A DNA stretch of 64,000 nt from a bacterium. GTDB lineage: Bacteria > Zhuqueibacterota > Zhuqueibacteria > Residuimicrobiales > Residuimicrobiaceae. Shown piece by piece: positions 19,011-29,085 of this stretch. The DNA is taken from positions 66,758 through 130,757 of the forward strand of contig DAOLSP010000006.1 in assembly GCA_035419245.1 (NCBI GenBank), read 5' to 3'. The position numbers and the translations under genes were made by a program. Numbering within the stretch: position 1 is the first letter of the stretch; every line of letters begins with the position of its first letter. The notes beneath the pieces were generated by a model. The model saw only the letters and a list, made by a program, of their open reading frames with translations. It was not told the origin of the DNA and made no database searches.

Positions 19011-21005
19011 TCACTTTTCCGCCGGGAGGTTCTTTGCCGTTTTCACTCGCGCAAGCAGCACCCGGGCAGGCTGATAGCCCGGGAAGCGCCGAAGGGTGCG
19101 CTCGAGCAGGCTGACGGCGAGTTCCGCTTTTCCTGTGGCAAAATAGGCCAGGGCAAGCATATAGGCCGTATCGGGTGCTGTGGCCGGGTCCTCCGGAAAG
19201 CGCCCCAGGGATTCGTAGTAGCGGATGGCTTCTGTGAGACGGCGCTGCTTGAGGCAAATGTCACCGAGAACCCGTGTTGCCACCCGGGTGGGCTCCACCT
19301 GCAGTGAAGCCAGCAGCAGGGTCTCCGCCTTGACAAAATCCTGATCATCGTAGTGAATTTTTGCTAGATGGAGATAGGCCATGACCTGGTGCGGCAGCTG
19401 ATTGATAATGGTTTCGTATTCTTTCGCTGCGCGTCCGCGCTCGCCCCGCCGCAGATAATAGGCCGCGGCGCGCTCATGCACGGTGACCCAGCCGAACTGG
19501 TTGCGGACGGCTTGATCCGCGAGCGCGCGTAGGGTATCGCTGGCCGGGACGGCTGGAATGGGCAGCGCCCGGGTTTGAAAAGGCCAGCGGGTGGTAAGGA
19601 GAGCAATCTTGCGCTCGGCCATATAGTCATCCACCGGAGTCAAGGGCCGGTTCTGCCAGAGCAGGCTCTCCGCCGCTGCGCCACCATGCTCCCAGGCCGC
19701 CGCCGGCACCGGCAAACCCCGCTGCTGCAAGATGCGGGCATACTCCGCGGCCATCAGAAACTGTCCTCGAGCGGTGGGATGAAGATGTTCGCTGATGAGA
19801 TTAAGGCCGATGAGGGAGTCCGGCGAAGCTGCCTTGAAGCAGAGTTCGATATCCGCGACCTGGCAACCCTCCCGGTGCGCCATCGAGCGGATCAGATCGT
19901 TGAACCGGCTGTCGGTGCGGAAGCGCAGCGCATCAAGATCCCTCGCCCGCTGGTATTCGTGCAAGGCCTGTTCCTTGTGGCCGAGGGCATCGCAGCACTG
20001 CGCCAGGCGATAATGGACCTCGGCATAGCTGGAATCTAGCTGCATCGCCTCCTGAAAAGGGACCCGCGCGGAATCCGCCTGACCGCGAGCCTGCAGATCC
20101 CGCCCGATCTGGAAGAGCTGCTGAAATCGCCTGATGACAGCCGGATCCAGGCCCGCGGCATGCAGCGAAACAAAAGGTACCTGCTGGCGCAGGTTGGAGG
20201 CCTGGGTCGAAAACAGCAGCGGGATGTGATGCTGCCGGCAAAGATCCGCTAGCGCCAGCATGTTCTTTTGAAAAATCTCAAAGGCCTGGTTGTAAAGCCG
20301 GCTTCCCTGTGGTACTGTGCGCCCGCCCGCGACCTGTTCCATCAGCGTCGTGCGCCCGACCGATTCCTCATCCTGGGTCCCGAAAAGGCCGAGCACCTTG
20401 AGGAGCCCCTCCCGGACGAGTTGGAAGGTGCGCATGTGGACCAGTCGGAGATAGAGGAGATTGAGGGTGCGGGAGGTTGTCAGGCGTGCGTTCGAGGCGA
20501 CTCCAAGCGCCCCATAGAATTCATTGTGGCCGTCGTAGACGATCACAAGGTCGGGCTGGTACCGGAAGAGCTCCCGGCCAATATCGAGCACCGTGTAGCT
20601 GTTAGTCGCCGTCATGCCGAGATTGATGACCTCGACCGGCTGGCCGGGACAAAGCGCTTTCAGACGCTCGCGGAGAAAGGAAGCAAAGGCCCCGTTGTAC
20701 CAGTAGGGGTAGCCGACGGTGGTCGATCCACCCAGGCAGAAAATCCGGAAGGTTCCAGCCGGCTTGTCCGCACCTAGGTACTCCGGCGATGGATCCGGAG
20801 TGAAACGGGTGCTGTTGCCGAAATAACGGTTCTTGCAGGCGGGATTGAGGGTGTACCAAGTACGGCCCTGAAAACGCTCCTGCGAAAAAAGGGCGAGATC
20901 GGGGCCAAAATCAATCCAGCGTAATAAAAGCTCGAACAAGCCGAGAAGCAGTAGGGGTAGCAGCACGGCAAGCAGGGTGAAGAGACACCTTCGCCGGGGA
21001 TTCAT
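19011..21005 (-). CDS. Membrane-anchored SGNH/GDSL-like hydrolase domain protein with C-terminal TPR repeats
   Basis: N-terminal anchor MNPRRRCLFTLLAVLLPLLLLGLF. SGNH-like blocks (FCLGGSTTVGY, VIVYDGHNEF, SEHLHPT). Multiple TPR-like helical repeats in the last ~250 aa. The longest ORF starts with TTG at 21101; internal ATGs at 21053 and 21005. 21005 was chosen because it places the signal anchor at the N-terminus. Confidence 0.65.
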   Translation of the reverse strand: MNPRRRCLFTLLAVLLPLLLLGLFELLLRWIDFGPDLALFSQERFQGRTWYTLNPACKNRYFGNSTRFTPDPSPEYLGADKPAGTFRIFCLGGSTTVGYPYWYNGAFASFLRERLKALCPGQPVEVINLGMTATNSYTVLDIGRELFRYQPDLVIVYDGHNEFYGALGVASNARLTTSRTLNLLYLRLVHMRTFQLVREGLLKVLGLFGTQDEESVGRTTLMEQVAGGRTVPQGSRLYNQAFEIFQKNMLALADLCRQHHIPLLFSTQASNLRQQVPFVSLHAAGLDPAVIRRFQQLFQIGRDLQARGQADSARVPFQEAMQLDSSYAEVHYRLAQCCDALGHKEQALHEYQRARDLDALRFRTDSRFNDLIRSMAHREGCQVADIELCFKAASPDSLIGLNLISEHLHPTARGQFLMAAEYARILQQRGLPVPAAAWEHGGAAAESLLWQNRPLTPVDDYMAERKIALLTTRWPFQTRALPIPAVPASDTLRALADQAVRNQFGWVTVHERAAAYYLRRGERGRAAKEYETIINQLPHQVMAYLHLAKIHYDDQDFVKAETLLLASLQVEPTRVATRVLGDICLKQRRLTEAIRYYESLGRFPEDPATAPDTAYMLALAYFATGKAELAVSLLERTLRRFPGYQPARVLLARVKTAKNLPAEK

Positions 21006-21143
21006 GGCCTGGAGCACAACATCACGATCTTGCTTTTTCACATCTCTCTCCATTGTCGGAAGCAGAGCAAACGGGATGGGAGAATATATAGCAATAAACA
21101 ATCCGATTCAATTCCTATTTATCATTTCCTGGAGGTACAGAAG

Positions 21144-24100
21144 ATGAACCAGACGAAAAACCTGCTGGGATGGGTCCTCTTGCTTTCGCTCATTCTGGCG
21201 GGTGCGCTCCTCGCGGGAACGACCGGCAAGATCGCCGGGACTATCACCGAAAAGTCGACGGGGGAAGCCCTGCCCGGGGCCAACATCCTCGTCACCGGCT
21301 CTCGCCTGGGTGCAGTGACCGATCTTAGCGGTCGCTACACCATTCTCGAGGTTCCGCCCGGGACCTATTCGCTCCAGGTCACCTTTCTTGGCCATCAGAA
21401 GACCATCGTCAATGATGTCCGCGTTTACATCGACCAGACCGCGCGCGTCGATGTCGCCATGATCCAGGAAGCGATCGAGATCGGAGATGTGGTGGTGGTC
21501 GCTGAACGGCCGCTGATAAAGCCCGATGTGGCCACCAGTGTGGTCGCCGTCTCCGGCACCGAGCTCAAAAGCCTGCCGGTAGCCAATGTGACCGACGTCA
21601 TGGGGATGCAGGCAGGCATTGACGGTACCAACATTCGCGGCGTCGGTCTCGATGAAGCCCTCTTCATGGTCGACGGCGTCACCATGCGCGATCCGCGCAA
21701 CAACCAGGCCCTCACCAAGGTGGCGCTAAGCACTGTACGCGAGATCTCGGTTGAGCGCGGCGGTTTCAATGCCGAATACGGCCAGGTTCAGTCCGGCATC
21801 GTCAACGTGGTCACCAACGAGGGCAAGGCCAGAGGCTACTCGGGCAGCTTCAATCTTCGTCTGACTCCGCCGGCACGCAAGTATTTCCACGGCTCGGACA
21901 TGCCCGATGTCAACTCACCCCAATCCTACTGGCTGCGCCCTTTCTATGATGACGCGGTCTGCTGGACTGGGACCACCAGCGGCGCCTGGGACACCTACAC
22001 CCAATCCAAATATCTTGAATTTGAGGGCTGGAATGCTGTTTCGCAGCAGCTCTGCACCGACAACAACCCGAACAATGATCTCTCACCGCTGGCTGCCCGG
22101 CGGGTTTTCGAATACTATACCCGCAAGCGGCAGATCAACGATCAGCCCGACTATGAAATCGATGGCGGCTTTGGCGGACCGGTGCCAATTGTCTCCAAGA
22201 TGCTGGGCAACCTGCGTTTCTTCGCCTCCTACCGCGGACAAAAGAGCCTCTTGCTGTGGCCGAGCGCGCGGCCGGATTACAAGGATTACGACGCCCGCAT
22301 CGTCGTCAATTCAGACGTCAGTGAGTCCATGAGGCTGCGCATTTCGGGCTTATCCGGAAACATCGCGACCATGGCCGGCAACCGCGCTTCCGAATCCACC
22401 TACAAGCAATGGCCCTACGAACTGGCCGGCACCACGCTCGGGACCGGGGGCTATGCCCTTTTCAACATGTTCAGCGACTGGACCTACGGCCTCGCAAACC
22501 GCAAACACAATGCCCTTTCCGCCAAACTGACCCACATGCTCAGCAAATCGACCTATTATGAGATTTCGGCGGAATATTTCAACCGTAAATACGACACCCA
22601 CTCGCCGGAGATGCGCGATACCTCCAAAACCACTGAAATCATCCCCGGCTATTTCGCCACCTCCACGCCTTATGGGGTTTTCTACGGCATCGACGGCATC
22701 GTTAGCGGCATCAATGAAGGCAACCAGAACGCCCTTGCCCGCGACAAGTCGAACGTCAGCAGCACTACGCTCAAGGCGGATTTGACCAGCCAGGTCAACT
22801 TCAACAACCTCGTCAAGTCGGGGGTCGAGTTTGTTTACAACGACCTGAACCTCGATTACGGCTACATCCGCATGCAAAGCGGCGGGCTGCAATATGACAA
22901 TCGGACCCAGATGCGCGATTTCCCGGTCCGGGCTGCCATGTATTTACAGGATAAACTCGAGACCAAGGGATTCATCCTCAACGTGGGCCTGCGCCTCGAT
23001 TATAGCAATTCGCGCACCGACTGGTGGGCCCTTGACCCATTCAATCCCCTGTTCTACTCCTACAAGTATACAGAGACCGCCGATTTGGCCAAGACCAAGG
23101 CGAAGGGGCAATGGCAGCTCTCTCCACGCCTCGGCATCTCCCACCCCATCACCGACCGGTCCAAGCTCTACTTCAACTATGGCCATTTCAAACAGATGCC
23201 GACCTATGAATCCCAGTACCGCTTTGACCGCTCCTCTGACAATACGCTGGTCCGTTTCGGCGATCCCAATCTGACCCTGGCCAAAACCATCGCCTATGAA
23301 CTGGGCTACGATCACGATCTCTTCAATGGCCAGCTTCTCCTCCAACTGGCCGCTTTTTACCGGGACATCAGCGACCAGCAGAATACCACCTCCTACCGCC
23401 CGGCCTATGGCACAGCCTACACGGTGACCACCAGCACCGCTTATTCCGACATCCGAGGCTTCGAGCTCACCCTGCGCAAATCGGCCGGACGCTGGTTCTA
23501 CGGCTTTTTAAATTATACCTATCAAGCCACCTCGAATGGCGCCTTCGGCGAGAATTATGTCTTCGAGGATCCCAAGTCGCAGCAAGATTACGATGAGAAC
23601 ACGGTGAATATCTATCAGACCCGCTCGGTGCCCTCTCCCTTCGCCCGGGCCAACCTGACCTTCTCCACGCCGCGACAGTTCGGCCGCCCAAGACTCTTCA
23701 ACCACGCGGTCCTGGGTGATCTGATCGCCAATATTCTGCTGCGTTGGAATCAGGGCGGCTGGACAACCTACAATCCCAATAACGCCGGCACCACCAGTTT
23801 CAACAACAACACCAATAACAAGATCCAGAACAACATTCAGTATCTCGACTACTTCGATGCCACCCTGCGTTTAAGCAAGTCCATCCAGATCCGCAAGGTC
23901 AATCTGCAGGTTTTCGCTGACATCAACAACCTCTTCAACACCCGTCGTCTCAATAACACCGGTGATCTGAACTATCGTAAATCCCTGCATCTGCCCCGGA
24001 GCGATGCCTACAACAATATCCCAGGCGACGATAAATTTGGCGATTACCGCAAGCCCGGCGTCGCCTGGCAGCCTATGGAGAATGGCGTGGACTTTAACTC

Positions 24101-24338
24101 CATCCCCTCCTCCAACCGTGCCTGGTATTACGACAAATCCACGAACGCTTACTGGTATTATACCGACAACGTTACGGTCCTGGAGGTTAAGGACCGCTGG
24201 GCCAAGGTCGATAAGGCCAAGGTCGATAAGGCCATCAAGGACAGGGCGTATATCGATATGCCCAATCCCTCCACTTACTGGTTCCTCAATCCGCGGACGG
24301 TCACCTTTGGGGTTCGTCTCGCCTTCGATATCGATTGA
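21144..24338 (+). CDS. TonB-dependent receptor-like outer-membrane protein with N-terminal CarboxypepD_reg-like domain
   Basis: GGAGG RBS 8 nt before ATG. Signal peptide. Cna-B/carboxypeptidase-regulatory-like beta-sandwich (GKIAGTITEKSTGEALPGANILV…). Plug-like region, then ~800 aa of alternating beta-barrel sequence. The C-terminus ends …VRLAFDID, which is not the canonical terminal aromatic. Confidence 0.7.
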   Translation: MNQTKNLLGWVLLLSLILAGALLAGTTGKIAGTITEKSTGEALPGANILVTGSRLGAVTDLSGRYTILEVPPGTYSLQVTFLGHQKTIVNDVRVYIDQTARVDVAMIQEAIEIGDVVVVAERPLIKPDVATSVVAVSGTELKSLPVANVTDVMGMQAGIDGTNIRGVGLDEALFMVDGVTMRDPRNNQALTKVALSTVREISVERGGFNAEYGQVQSGIVNVVTNEGKARGYSGSFNLRLTPPARKYFHGSDMPDVNSPQSYWLRPFYDDAVCWTGTTSGAWDTYTQSKYLEFEGWNAVSQQLCTDNNPNNDLSPLAARRVFEYYTRKRQINDQPDYEIDGGFGGPVPIVSKMLGNLRFFASYRGQKSLLLWPSARPDYKDYDARIVVNSDVSESMRLRISGLSGNIATMAGNRASESTYKQWPYELAGTTLGTGGYALFNMFSDWTYGLANRKHNALSAKLTHMLSKSTYYEISAEYFNRKYDTHSPEMRDTSKTTEIIPGYFATSTPYGVFYGIDGIVSGINEGNQNALARDKSNVSSTTLKADLTSQVNFNNLVKSGVEFVYNDLNLDYGYIRMQSGGLQYDNRTQMRDFPVRAAMYLQDKLETKGFILNVGLRLDYSNSRTDWWALDPFNPLFYSYKYTETADLAKTKAKGQWQLSPRLGISHPITDRSKLYFNYGHFKQMPTYESQYRFDRSSDNTLVRFGDPNLTLAKTIAYELGYDHDLFNGQLLLQLAAFYRDISDQQNTTSYRPAYGTAYTVTTSTAYSDIRGFELTLRKSAGRWFYGFLNYTYQATSNGAFGENYVFEDPKSQQDYDENTVNIYQTRSVPSPFARANLTFSTPRQFGRPRLFNHAVLGDLIANILLRWNQGGWTTYNPNNAGTTSFNNNTNNKIQNNIQYLDYFDATLRLSKSIQIRKVNLQVFADINNLFNTRRLNNTGDLNYRKSLHLPRSDAYNNIPGDDKFGDYRKPGVAWQPMENGVDFNSIPSSNRAWYYDKSTNAYWYYTDNVTVLEVKDRWAKVDKAKVDKAIKDRAYIDMPNPSTYWFLNPRTVTFGVRLAFDID

Positions 24339-24373
24339 TGGCCAGCCACCAACCTAACGAATGGGAATGCACG

Positions 24374-26647
24374 ATGAATAAAAAGAAAATGAGACGCTTG
24401 CCCCTGCTGCTGGCCATTAGTACCCTGTTAGGGGCCGGCAGTATCGATCGTACAACGGCCCAGGACCTCCGGTGGATCCGAGTCGGCCAGCTGCAATGCT
24501 TTTTCATGGATTTCGGAAACGAGTGCGAACTTTATCCTTTCACGACGACCAATTTTCTCGCCTGGCCCGCCCAGTATGGAGATAACCAGTATGCCACCCG
24601 CGCGAAAGCGGTCTGGATAGGGGCGAGCGATTTTTATGACCCCGTCGAGAAAAAGACCAAATCGGTCAAGGTGATCGGCTCCGGACCGCGTTATGACGCG
24701 GACAACCAGGCGGCGATGATTTTTTCGACCAGCATCAAGCTGATCGGCCGCGAACAACCCCCGAAAGTCATCGTCGACAACCAGAACGGCTCTTCCAATA
24801 CCCTTTATGATGCCCTGGACGAAATCGACCCCAACCTCCCCAGCGACCGGATGGTGGTCATCCGTTATAACACCTCCATGGGGGTGTCGGTCATCAAAAA
24901 AGTTCTCGGCTTTGTCCAGCAAAACCATGACACCTATTTCATCCACGACTACGTTTTCAAGAATACCGGCATTTATAATACCAAGGGTGAAATCAACGCC
25001 CAGACGCTCAAGAACTTTTGGGTCTATTTCAGCTACCGATATGCGATGAATGGGGTCTGCTCGAATGGTTACAGTTCGGCATGGGGCGATTTCGGAATGG
25101 AATGGGGCTCCAGCACGGTAGCCCACGACTTCGGACCCCCCTACCGCTCCCGCCCGGACAGCCTCCGCGGTTTTTATGCCTTCTACAGCCCGCTGAAGGG
25201 AAGTTATGGCACCCGCAACGCCGTGACCAGTCTCGGCTATGACTACGACTGGGGCTGCCCGAAGCAGACCGGCGGCGGACTCAACCTCGACGGTCTCCTC
25301 GGTGCCGCCAAATTTGCTGGCTGCGTAACCCTGCTCGCTTCCAAGGGATCCGGCGCCCTGTTCAACATCGACGACTACAATCAACCTGCGACCGTGAACT
25401 ATTTCAATGCCGACGGTTCAACAACAACCAACCCGCAAAGCCAGTATGACGAAACCGCAATGAAGCTGCGCTGGGCGGAGATGACCGAAGGCCACCTGCA
25501 AAAGTCGCTATGGGAGGCCGTCGGTGATGGACGCTACTACGCCGACTGGCTGAACACGGATCCCCTGCATCCCTCCGGCGGCATGTATGGCCAGGGCTTC
25601 GGCCCCTATACCCTGGCCCCCGGCGACAGCATCCGCATCGTCTTCGCCGAAGGCGTCAATGGTCTGGCTTGGGAAAAATGCCGCGAGGTGGGGGCCAACT
25701 GGTATCAGTACTTCGCCGGGACCGGGGCACCGACCCTCATCAAGCCGGATGGCAACACTACGACCAACGTCTCGGAATACCAGAAGGCCTGGGTCTTTTC
25801 GGGTGTCGATTCCATTCTACAGACGTATAAGAACGCCCGCGCCAATTTCCGCTCCGGCTACAAAATCCCCCAGCCCCCGCCGGCGCCGGCCTCCTTCACC
25901 GTCGCCTCCGGTGGCGATGCCATCAGCCTGACCTGGGCCGACAACGCCGACAAGACCCCCCACTTCAACGGCTATGTGATCTACCGCTCTGAGGGGCTGG
26001 TCAAGGACTACCGCGCGGTCTATGAAAAGATCTTTGAATGCGATGCCGCCCATGTGACCCACAGCTTTGACGACACCTCCGCAACCCGCGGCTTCAATTA
26101 TTACTACTTTATTCAATCCAAGGATGACGGGACGCAGAACGACGTCAAACCGGGCGTGCCGCTTTACAGCAGCATGTTCCTGACGATGACCTCGGTTTCT
26201 GCCAATCTGCTCCGCCCATCAGGCGATCTCCTCGCCGAGGTGCGCGTTGTCCCCAATCCCTACGATATCCGCTCCCGCAAATGGCAATTCGGCGAGGTCG
26301 GGCCTTATGATCGGATCATGTTTTATGGGATCCCACCCAAATGCAAGCTCAAAATCTTCAGCGACGACGGCACCCTGATCTGGGAAACCGTGCACAACAA
26401 TGGCTCCGGGGATGAGCCGTGGGACTCCAAGACCTCCTCTAACCAGATCGTCGTCAGCGGCATCTACATCCTCTATGTCGAGGTGACTGAGGATACCTAT
26501 GCAACCGACGACCGCATTGCGCGCTACGACATCACGGACGAGAATCTCAAGACGATCTATAAACAGGGTGAAGTGCTCTATCACAAAGGCGACAAAATCT
26601 TCAGCGCCGGACAGTCGACATTCCGCAAATTCGTAATTATTCGATAA
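24374..26647 (+). CDS. Secreted protein with Fn3 domain and a CTD-like C-terminal region
   Basis: Signal peptide MNKKKMRRLPLLLAISTLLGAG. Fn3-like segment (PPPAPASFTVASGGDAISLTWAD…YVIYRSEG…). C-terminal VVPNPYD…KLKIFSDDGTLIWE…WDSKT…GIYILYVEV… resembles T9SS/gliding CTD type B but carries ~50 extra residues ending …FVIIR. Lies 36 nt after the receptor gene. Confidence 0.7.
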   Translation: MNKKKMRRLPLLLAISTLLGAGSIDRTTAQDLRWIRVGQLQCFFMDFGNECELYPFTTTNFLAWPAQYGDNQYATRAKAVWIGASDFYDPVEKKTKSVKVIGSGPRYDADNQAAMIFSTSIKLIGREQPPKVIVDNQNGSSNTLYDALDEIDPNLPSDRMVVIRYNTSMGVSVIKKVLGFVQQNHDTYFIHDYVFKNTGIYNTKGEINAQTLKNFWVYFSYRYAMNGVCSNGYSSAWGDFGMEWGSSTVAHDFGPPYRSRPDSLRGFYAFYSPLKGSYGTRNAVTSLGYDYDWGCPKQTGGGLNLDGLLGAAKFAGCVTLLASKGSGALFNIDDYNQPATVNYFNADGSTTTNPQSQYDETAMKLRWAEMTEGHLQKSLWEAVGDGRYYADWLNTDPLHPSGGMYGQGFGPYTLAPGDSIRIVFAEGVNGLAWEKCREVGANWYQYFAGTGAPTLIKPDGNTTTNVSEYQKAWVFSGVDSILQTYKNARANFRSGYKIPQPPPAPASFTVASGGDAISLTWADNADKTPHFNGYVIYRSEGLVKDYRAVYEKIFECDAAHVTHSFDDTSATRGFNYYYFIQSKDDGTQNDVKPGVPLYSSMFLTMTSVSANLLRPSGDLLAEVRVVPNPYDIRSRKWQFGEVGPYDRIMFYGIPPKCKLKIFSDDGTLIWETVHNNGSGDEPWDSKTSSNQIVVSGIYILYVEVTEDTYATDDRIARYDITDENLKTIYKQGEVLYHKGDKIFSAGQSTFRKFVIIR

Positions 26648-26660
26648 CGGGAGCAGATCG

Positions 26661-27725
26661 ATGAAAAAAATAACCGCAATTCGCCTTTTCGGAAGTATCC
26701 TGGTCCTGCTCGCCTCGGTCGGTGGAAATGCCCAGGATAACCAGAAACTGGCGCAGACCAGTTTCAAATTCCTGAGTGTCGTCTCTGACGCCCAGGGCGC
26801 CGCCATGGCCGGCGCAATGACCAGCCTGCCGTTGGGCTCCAGCGCCCTCTTTTTCAATCCGGCAGGGATGGCGAATATGGAAAGGCGCGCCGACCTATCG
26901 CTCAGCAATAACGAGTGGATCGCTGATATCCGGCACTATACGGTGGGCCTGGCACTCAATCCGGCCAATGGCAAATACGGCGTGGTCGGACTGAGTCTGC
27001 AGTATGCCGATTTTGGGAGCTTCATTGGCACAGTGGTCAGCAAGGATCCTGCCAACCTCAAAGGCTACGAAGAGACCGGCCTTTTCGATCTCAATGCCTA
27101 TGCCGTGGGTCTCGGCTACGCCAGGGCGCTTACCGACCGCTTCAGCGTCGGTGGGCAAATCCGTATGGCCCATCAGGATCTCGGAGAGAGCCGGATTCCC
27201 AACGAATCCAAACACATCCCGATCTATGATGATTCGAATCACGCCATCATCGGCTATGAGGACTCGACGGCTACAGGCACCAACCGCCTCACGCCCCTGG
27301 TCTTCGACTTTGGCACCCAGTTCAAGACCGGCGTTAAGAGCCTCGTCTTCGGCATGTCGGTGCGTAACTTCTCCAAGGAAATTCAATATGTCTATGAGCA
27401 GTTCCAGCTGCCCCTGGTTTTCACCCTCGGGATCTCGATGAATCTGATGGATCTTTTTCATGAGGTCCCGTATAACCAGTCCCTGGTGATGAGCATCGAT
27501 GCAAGCCATTACCGGGACCATCCCGAGCAGCTCAAGGTCGGATTGGATTACCGGATCATGAACATGATCGCCCTGCGCGGCGGCTATGTCACCGCCAGCG
27601 ATGAGAACAGTGGCTTTTCGTTCGGACTCGGCGTCTATAAATCAGGCTTCGCCTTTGATTACGCCTATACCCCCTACGGGGTCTTCGATAACGTCCAGCG
27701 CATGACCGCCCGGATCTCACTGTAA
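26661..27725 (+). CDS. FadL-superfamily outer-membrane beta-barrel (PorV/PorQ/PorP-like)
   Basis: Signal peptide. N-terminal hatch-like motif …SDAQGAAMAGAMTSLPLGSSALFFNPAGMAN, matching the GxGxA…DDA…NPA pattern shared by FadL/PorV-type 14-strand barrels. 354 aa. Lies 14 nt downstream of a CTD-bearing gene. Confidence 0.65.
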   Translation: MKKITAIRLFGSILVLLASVGGNAQDNQKLAQTSFKFLSVVSDAQGAAMAGAMTSLPLGSSALFFNPAGMANMERRADLSLSNNEWIADIRHYTVGLALNPANGKYGVVGLSLQYADFGSFIGTVVSKDPANLKGYEETGLFDLNAYAVGLGYARALTDRFSVGGQIRMAHQDLGESRIPNESKHIPIYDDSNHAIIGYEDSTATGTNRLTPLVFDFGTQFKTGVKSLVFGMSVRNFSKEIQYVYEQFQLPLVFTLGISMNLMDLFHEVPYNQSLVMSIDASHYRDHPEQLKVGLDYRIMNMIALRGGYVTASDENSGFSFGLGVYKSGFAFDYAYTPYGVFDNVQRMTARISL

Positions 27726-27745
27726 TCAAGGCCAAGGAGAATACC

Positions 27746-29002
27746 ATGATGAAACCTTGCTGTATCTTAACCCTCGTCACGCTCCTGCTGGCGGCTGCCG
27801 GACTTTTGCTGACCGGTTGCGAATTTGATGTCGCCGAGCCCAAGTGGGAGGAGCCCGCGCCTGCTACCGCCGCCGTCTCGATTTCATCGATCGATCCGGC
27901 AGCCGCGGTTGCGGGCGTGAATTATATCACCATTCATGGCGCTAATTTCACCGGCGCGATTGATACCCTGATCGTCAAGAGCTCGGACAAGGATACCAGT
28001 TACCGCTATCTCTATAATGGCATCTACTTCGATGATGTCAAGGCGGATGTTGTCGAGTTCTCCGACACCGTCATTAAGGTGCGCCGACCCAAACTGGCCA
28101 ACGAGGCCTGTCAGGTCAAGGTGGTCTCCAATAAGGCGATGGCCACGGCCAAATATGCCCAGCCTTACAGGATCGACGCGGTCGTCGGCCGCTATGGCCT
28201 GTTCAACGAGGATCTGCCGCTGGCAGTGGTTGTCGTGGATGCCCGCGAGAATCTCTATGTAGTTGAGACCAACACCCGTTATATCCAAAAAATCACCCCT
28301 AGCGGCGACAAGACCAACATCGCCTCCGCCCTGCGCGTCCCCTACGACGCCAGCATCGGAGGGGACGGCAATCTCTATCTGGCCGGAAACAACAGGGCCA
28401 TCGACCGGGTTGACCTCTCCACTGGAACCATCGCTCGCTGGGTGAACCTCCCATCGGGAAAAGTGGTGAAATTCCTTGATTTCAGCGAAACCGGATACTG
28501 CTTTGCCGGCGGAACCCGTACCGATCTGGTCGTCATTCCCGGGGATCTGTCAACCACCGCGGTCTCAGCCGGTTTTTACGCCACGCAGGAGATCCTCGCC
28601 ATCCGCTGCTATAACGGCGCCGTATACGTCGCTGCCCGGGCCACAGCAGCCGATCCGGTCAAGATCTACCGGCATGCCATTGGCGACAAGGGCAGCGTCG
28701 GCGCCCAAGAGCTGGTCCTCGATCTCTCCAAAACCAGCATGTTCGCCGGCCGAAGCCTCAAGGCCATCAGTTTCGCCTCGGATGGTACCATGATAATCGC
28801 AACCGATGCAGCCGATCCCCTGCTCAGCTATACTCCCGCCACCGGCCAGATGGATTATTATTACAAGGGAATCCTCAATCCATATTGCAAGCACTTTTCC
28901 TGGGGCAGTAAGACTTATCTCTATATGATCTGCGGCGATGACACCGCCGGCGAAGAGTGGACGGTCTATCGCGTCGACATGGGGACGACAGCGGGCAACT
29001 GA
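27746..29002 (+). CDS. Lipoprotein with IPT/TIG-like domain and beta-propeller-like C-terminal region
   Basis: Lipobox LLTGC. Ig-like segment (SISSIDPAAAVAGVNYITIHGANFTG). Repetitive beta-rich C-terminal part (NLYVVE / NLYLAG repeats). Confidence 0.65.
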   Translation: MMKPCCILTLVTLLLAAAGLLLTGCEFDVAEPKWEEPAPATAAVSISSIDPAAAVAGVNYITIHGANFTGAIDTLIVKSSDKDTSYRYLYNGIYFDDVKADVVEFSDTVIKVRRPKLANEACQVKVVSNKAMATAKYAQPYRIDAVVGRYGLFNEDLPLAVVVVDARENLYVVETNTRYIQKITPSGDKTNIASALRVPYDASIGGDGNLYLAGNNRAIDRVDLSTGTIARWVNLPSGKVVKFLDFSETGYCFAGGTRTDLVVIPGDLSTTAVSAGFYATQEILAIRCYNGAVYVAARATAADPVKIYRHAIGDKGSVGAQELVLDLSKTSMFAGRSLKAISFASDGTMIIATDAADPLLSYTPATGQMDYYYKGILNPYCKHFSWGSKTYLYMICGDDTAGEEWTVYRVDMGTTAGN

Positions 29003-29085
29003 CCCCCGTCACCATCCAGCCCAGGGCCTGTGGCGTCTGCAACAGGCCCTATTATTAATTGCACGGTCAACCCCAGGGAGTCTCC

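Noticed and set aside
21030-21143. 38-codon N-terminal extension of the TonB-dependent receptor ORF
   Set aside because: The GGAGG RBS and signal peptide begin at ATG 21144; the extension lacks both.
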